Assembly (NCBI GenBank): GCA_903845935.1 | Contig: CAIMZI010000023.1 | Coordinates: 693 to 64,692 of the forward strand | DNA from: an uncultured beta proteobacterium | GTDB lineage: Bacteria > Pseudomonadota > Gammaproteobacteria > Burkholderiales > Burkholderiaceae_C | Direction of reading: 5' to 3' | Length of the DNA stretch: 64,000 bases | In this document: piece by piece, positions 63,028 to 64,000 of the stretch | How the letters are laid out: each line of letters opens with the position of its first letter | Position numbering within the stretch: position 1 is the first letter of the stretch | Made by a program: the position numbers and the translations under genes | The notes under the pieces: model-generated | Database searches by the model: none | What the model was told of the DNA's origin: nothing | Seen by the model: the letters and a program-made list of their open reading frames with translations, nothing else

Positions 63028-64000
63028 GCCAGCACCTCGCGCGGATCGGTGATGCGCCCGCGCAGCGCCGAGGCGGCCACGGTATAGGGCGAGGCCAGGT
63101 ACACGTCCACACTGGCCGGGCCCATACGGCCCTTGAAGTTGCGTGCCGTGCTGGAGATGACGGTGGCGCCTGCAGGAAAGCTGGCGCCATAGCCGGCACA
63201 GGCGCCGCAGCTGTTGCCCAGCACGCTGGCACCGGCGTCAATCAGGATTTGCAGGGTGCCTTCGCGCTCGGCCTGCCTTTGCTCACGGGCACTGGCCGGG
63301 GCTACCAGCAGTTGCACGCCGGCTGCCACATGCCTACCTTGCAACACGCTGGCCGCCGCACGCAGGTCTTCGAGCTTGGCGCCGGTGCAAGCGCCGATGT
63401 AGGCAATGCCGGGTGTGACATCAGCAAAGTCGCCGACCGCGCGGGTATTCGCAGGGCTGTGCGGCGCAGCCACCTGCGGCGCCAAGGTGCTGGCATCAAA
63501 CGCATGCAGTTCGCAATCGGCACCTTCATCGCTGCACCAGTTGCTCACATCCTGCAAATGTTCGGGTGCCACGCCGGTGCCGCGCAGATAGGCCACGGTG
63601 GTGGCATCGGCTGCAATCAGGCCGGCCTGGGCACCGAGTTCGGCGCTCATATTGGAGAGGGTCATGCGCTCGGGCATGGACAGCGCGGTGACGCCGGGGC
63701 CGGCAAATTCCACGGCCTGGTACTGGCCGCCGTTCATGCCCAGGCGGGCGATGGTGTGCAGCATCATGTCCTTGGCGCAGACGCCGCGTTGCAACGTGCC
63801 TTGCCACTGCAGGCGCAGGGTGCGCGGCACCTGCACCCAGATTTTGCCGGTGACGCAGACGCCCAGCATTTCGGTGGCACCAATGCCAAACATATAGCAG
63901 CCAAAGGCGCCGCCGGTGGGCGAGTGCGAGTCGCCGCCCACGCACAGCATGCCGGGGTGCAGATGGCCGCGCTCGGGCAGCACCACATGGCAGATGCCTT
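63024..64000 (-). CDS. aconitase-family dehydratase large subunit (LeuC-like), C-terminal part; gene continues past window end
   Basis: The reading frame is open to the window edge. It has GGDSHSPTGGAFG, IGACTGAK and NSCGACAG, the aconitase-type Fe-S ligand motifs. Confidence 0.8.
   Translation of the reverse strand, partial: GICHVVLPERGHLHPGMLCVGGDSHSPTGGAFGCYMFGIGATEMLGVCVTGKIWVQVPRTLRLQWQGTLQRGVCAKDMMLHTIARLGMNGGQYQAVEFAGPGVTALSMPERMTLSNMSAELGAQAGLIAADATTVAYLRGTGVAPEHLQDVSNWCSDEGADCELHAFDASTLAPQVAAPHSPANTRAVGDFADVTPGIAYIGACTGAKLEDLRAAASVLQGRHVAAGVQLLVAPASAREQRQAEREGTLQILIDAGASVLGNSCGACAGYGASFPAGATVISSTARNFKGRMGPASVDVYLASPYTVAASALRGRITDPREVLA

Noticed and set aside
1-64000. Search for mobile elements, tRNA/rRNA genes, CRISPR arrays, toxin-antitoxin pairs or defence-system hallmarks
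   Set aside because: No transposase, integrase, recombinase, nuclease/helicase/methyltransferase-type ORFs were seen. No cloverleaf-sized conserved intergenic segments or repeat-spacer arrays were seen either. All intergenic gaps are shorter than ~335 bp.

Overview
High-G+C (about 60-65% by eye, not computed) chromosomal DNA with betaproteobacterial (Burkholderiales/Comamonadaceae-like) gene content. This taxon call is an inference from protein families only. I call about 56 densely packed protein-coding genes. I found no rRNA, tRNA, CRISPR array, transposase, integrase or phage gene. Most long ORFs antisense to these genes are high-GC shadow ORFs. Main blocks, left to right: (1) start of an aldehyde dehydrogenase gene; a hemerythrin gene divergent from a KorC-like/KorA/KorB 2-oxoglutarate oxidoreductase operon plus a CBS protein. 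(2) Miscellaneous genes: a lower-GC exported ORFan, an extradiol dioxygenase, a DMT transporter, Usp, and an atypical receiver-TPR protein. (3) A second, four-gene Por-type 2-oxoacid oxidoreductase whose delta subunit is fused to a GltD-like flavoprotein, divergent from an isocitrate dehydrogenase-family gene. (4) A DUF3141/PhaC-like protein, an acidic tandem-repeat protein and an HDOD protein. (5) A NitT/TauT-type ABC transporter. (6) A prodomain-less lipoprotein sedolisin with three Fn3 repeats, flanked by two low-complexity proteins and followed by FMN reductase, an ATP-grasp ligase and an MFS transporter. (7) A Cyc2-like fused monoheme cytochrome-porin, a diheme c4 lipoprotein and two YceI genes. 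(8) MdtABC plus a NodT-family outer-membrane factor. (9) PQQ-dehydrogenase accessory genes (ABC ATPase, beta-propeller, MoxJ-like binding protein, cytochrome c550) with a TonB-dependent receptor and an AcoR-type sigma-54 activator, but no dehydrogenase. (10) A tightly coupled seven-gene operon: LeuCD-like dehydratase, hydantoinase B/A, Cys-less isochorismatase-like protein, FAD oxidoreductase and a PEP-mutase/isocitrate-lyase-family enzyme. Read directly from the sequence: four strong FNR/CRP-type boxes (upstream of both oxidoreductase operons, usp and the cytochrome-porin operon) and several TGGCAC-N5-TTGC sigma-54 promoter matches. My strongest candidate for an uncharacterised system is the FNR-boxed cytochrome-porin/c4/YceI module (possible extracellular electron transfer or Fe(II) oxidation). 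The hydantoinase/aconitase-like operon and the sedolisin/ATP-grasp cluster come next.
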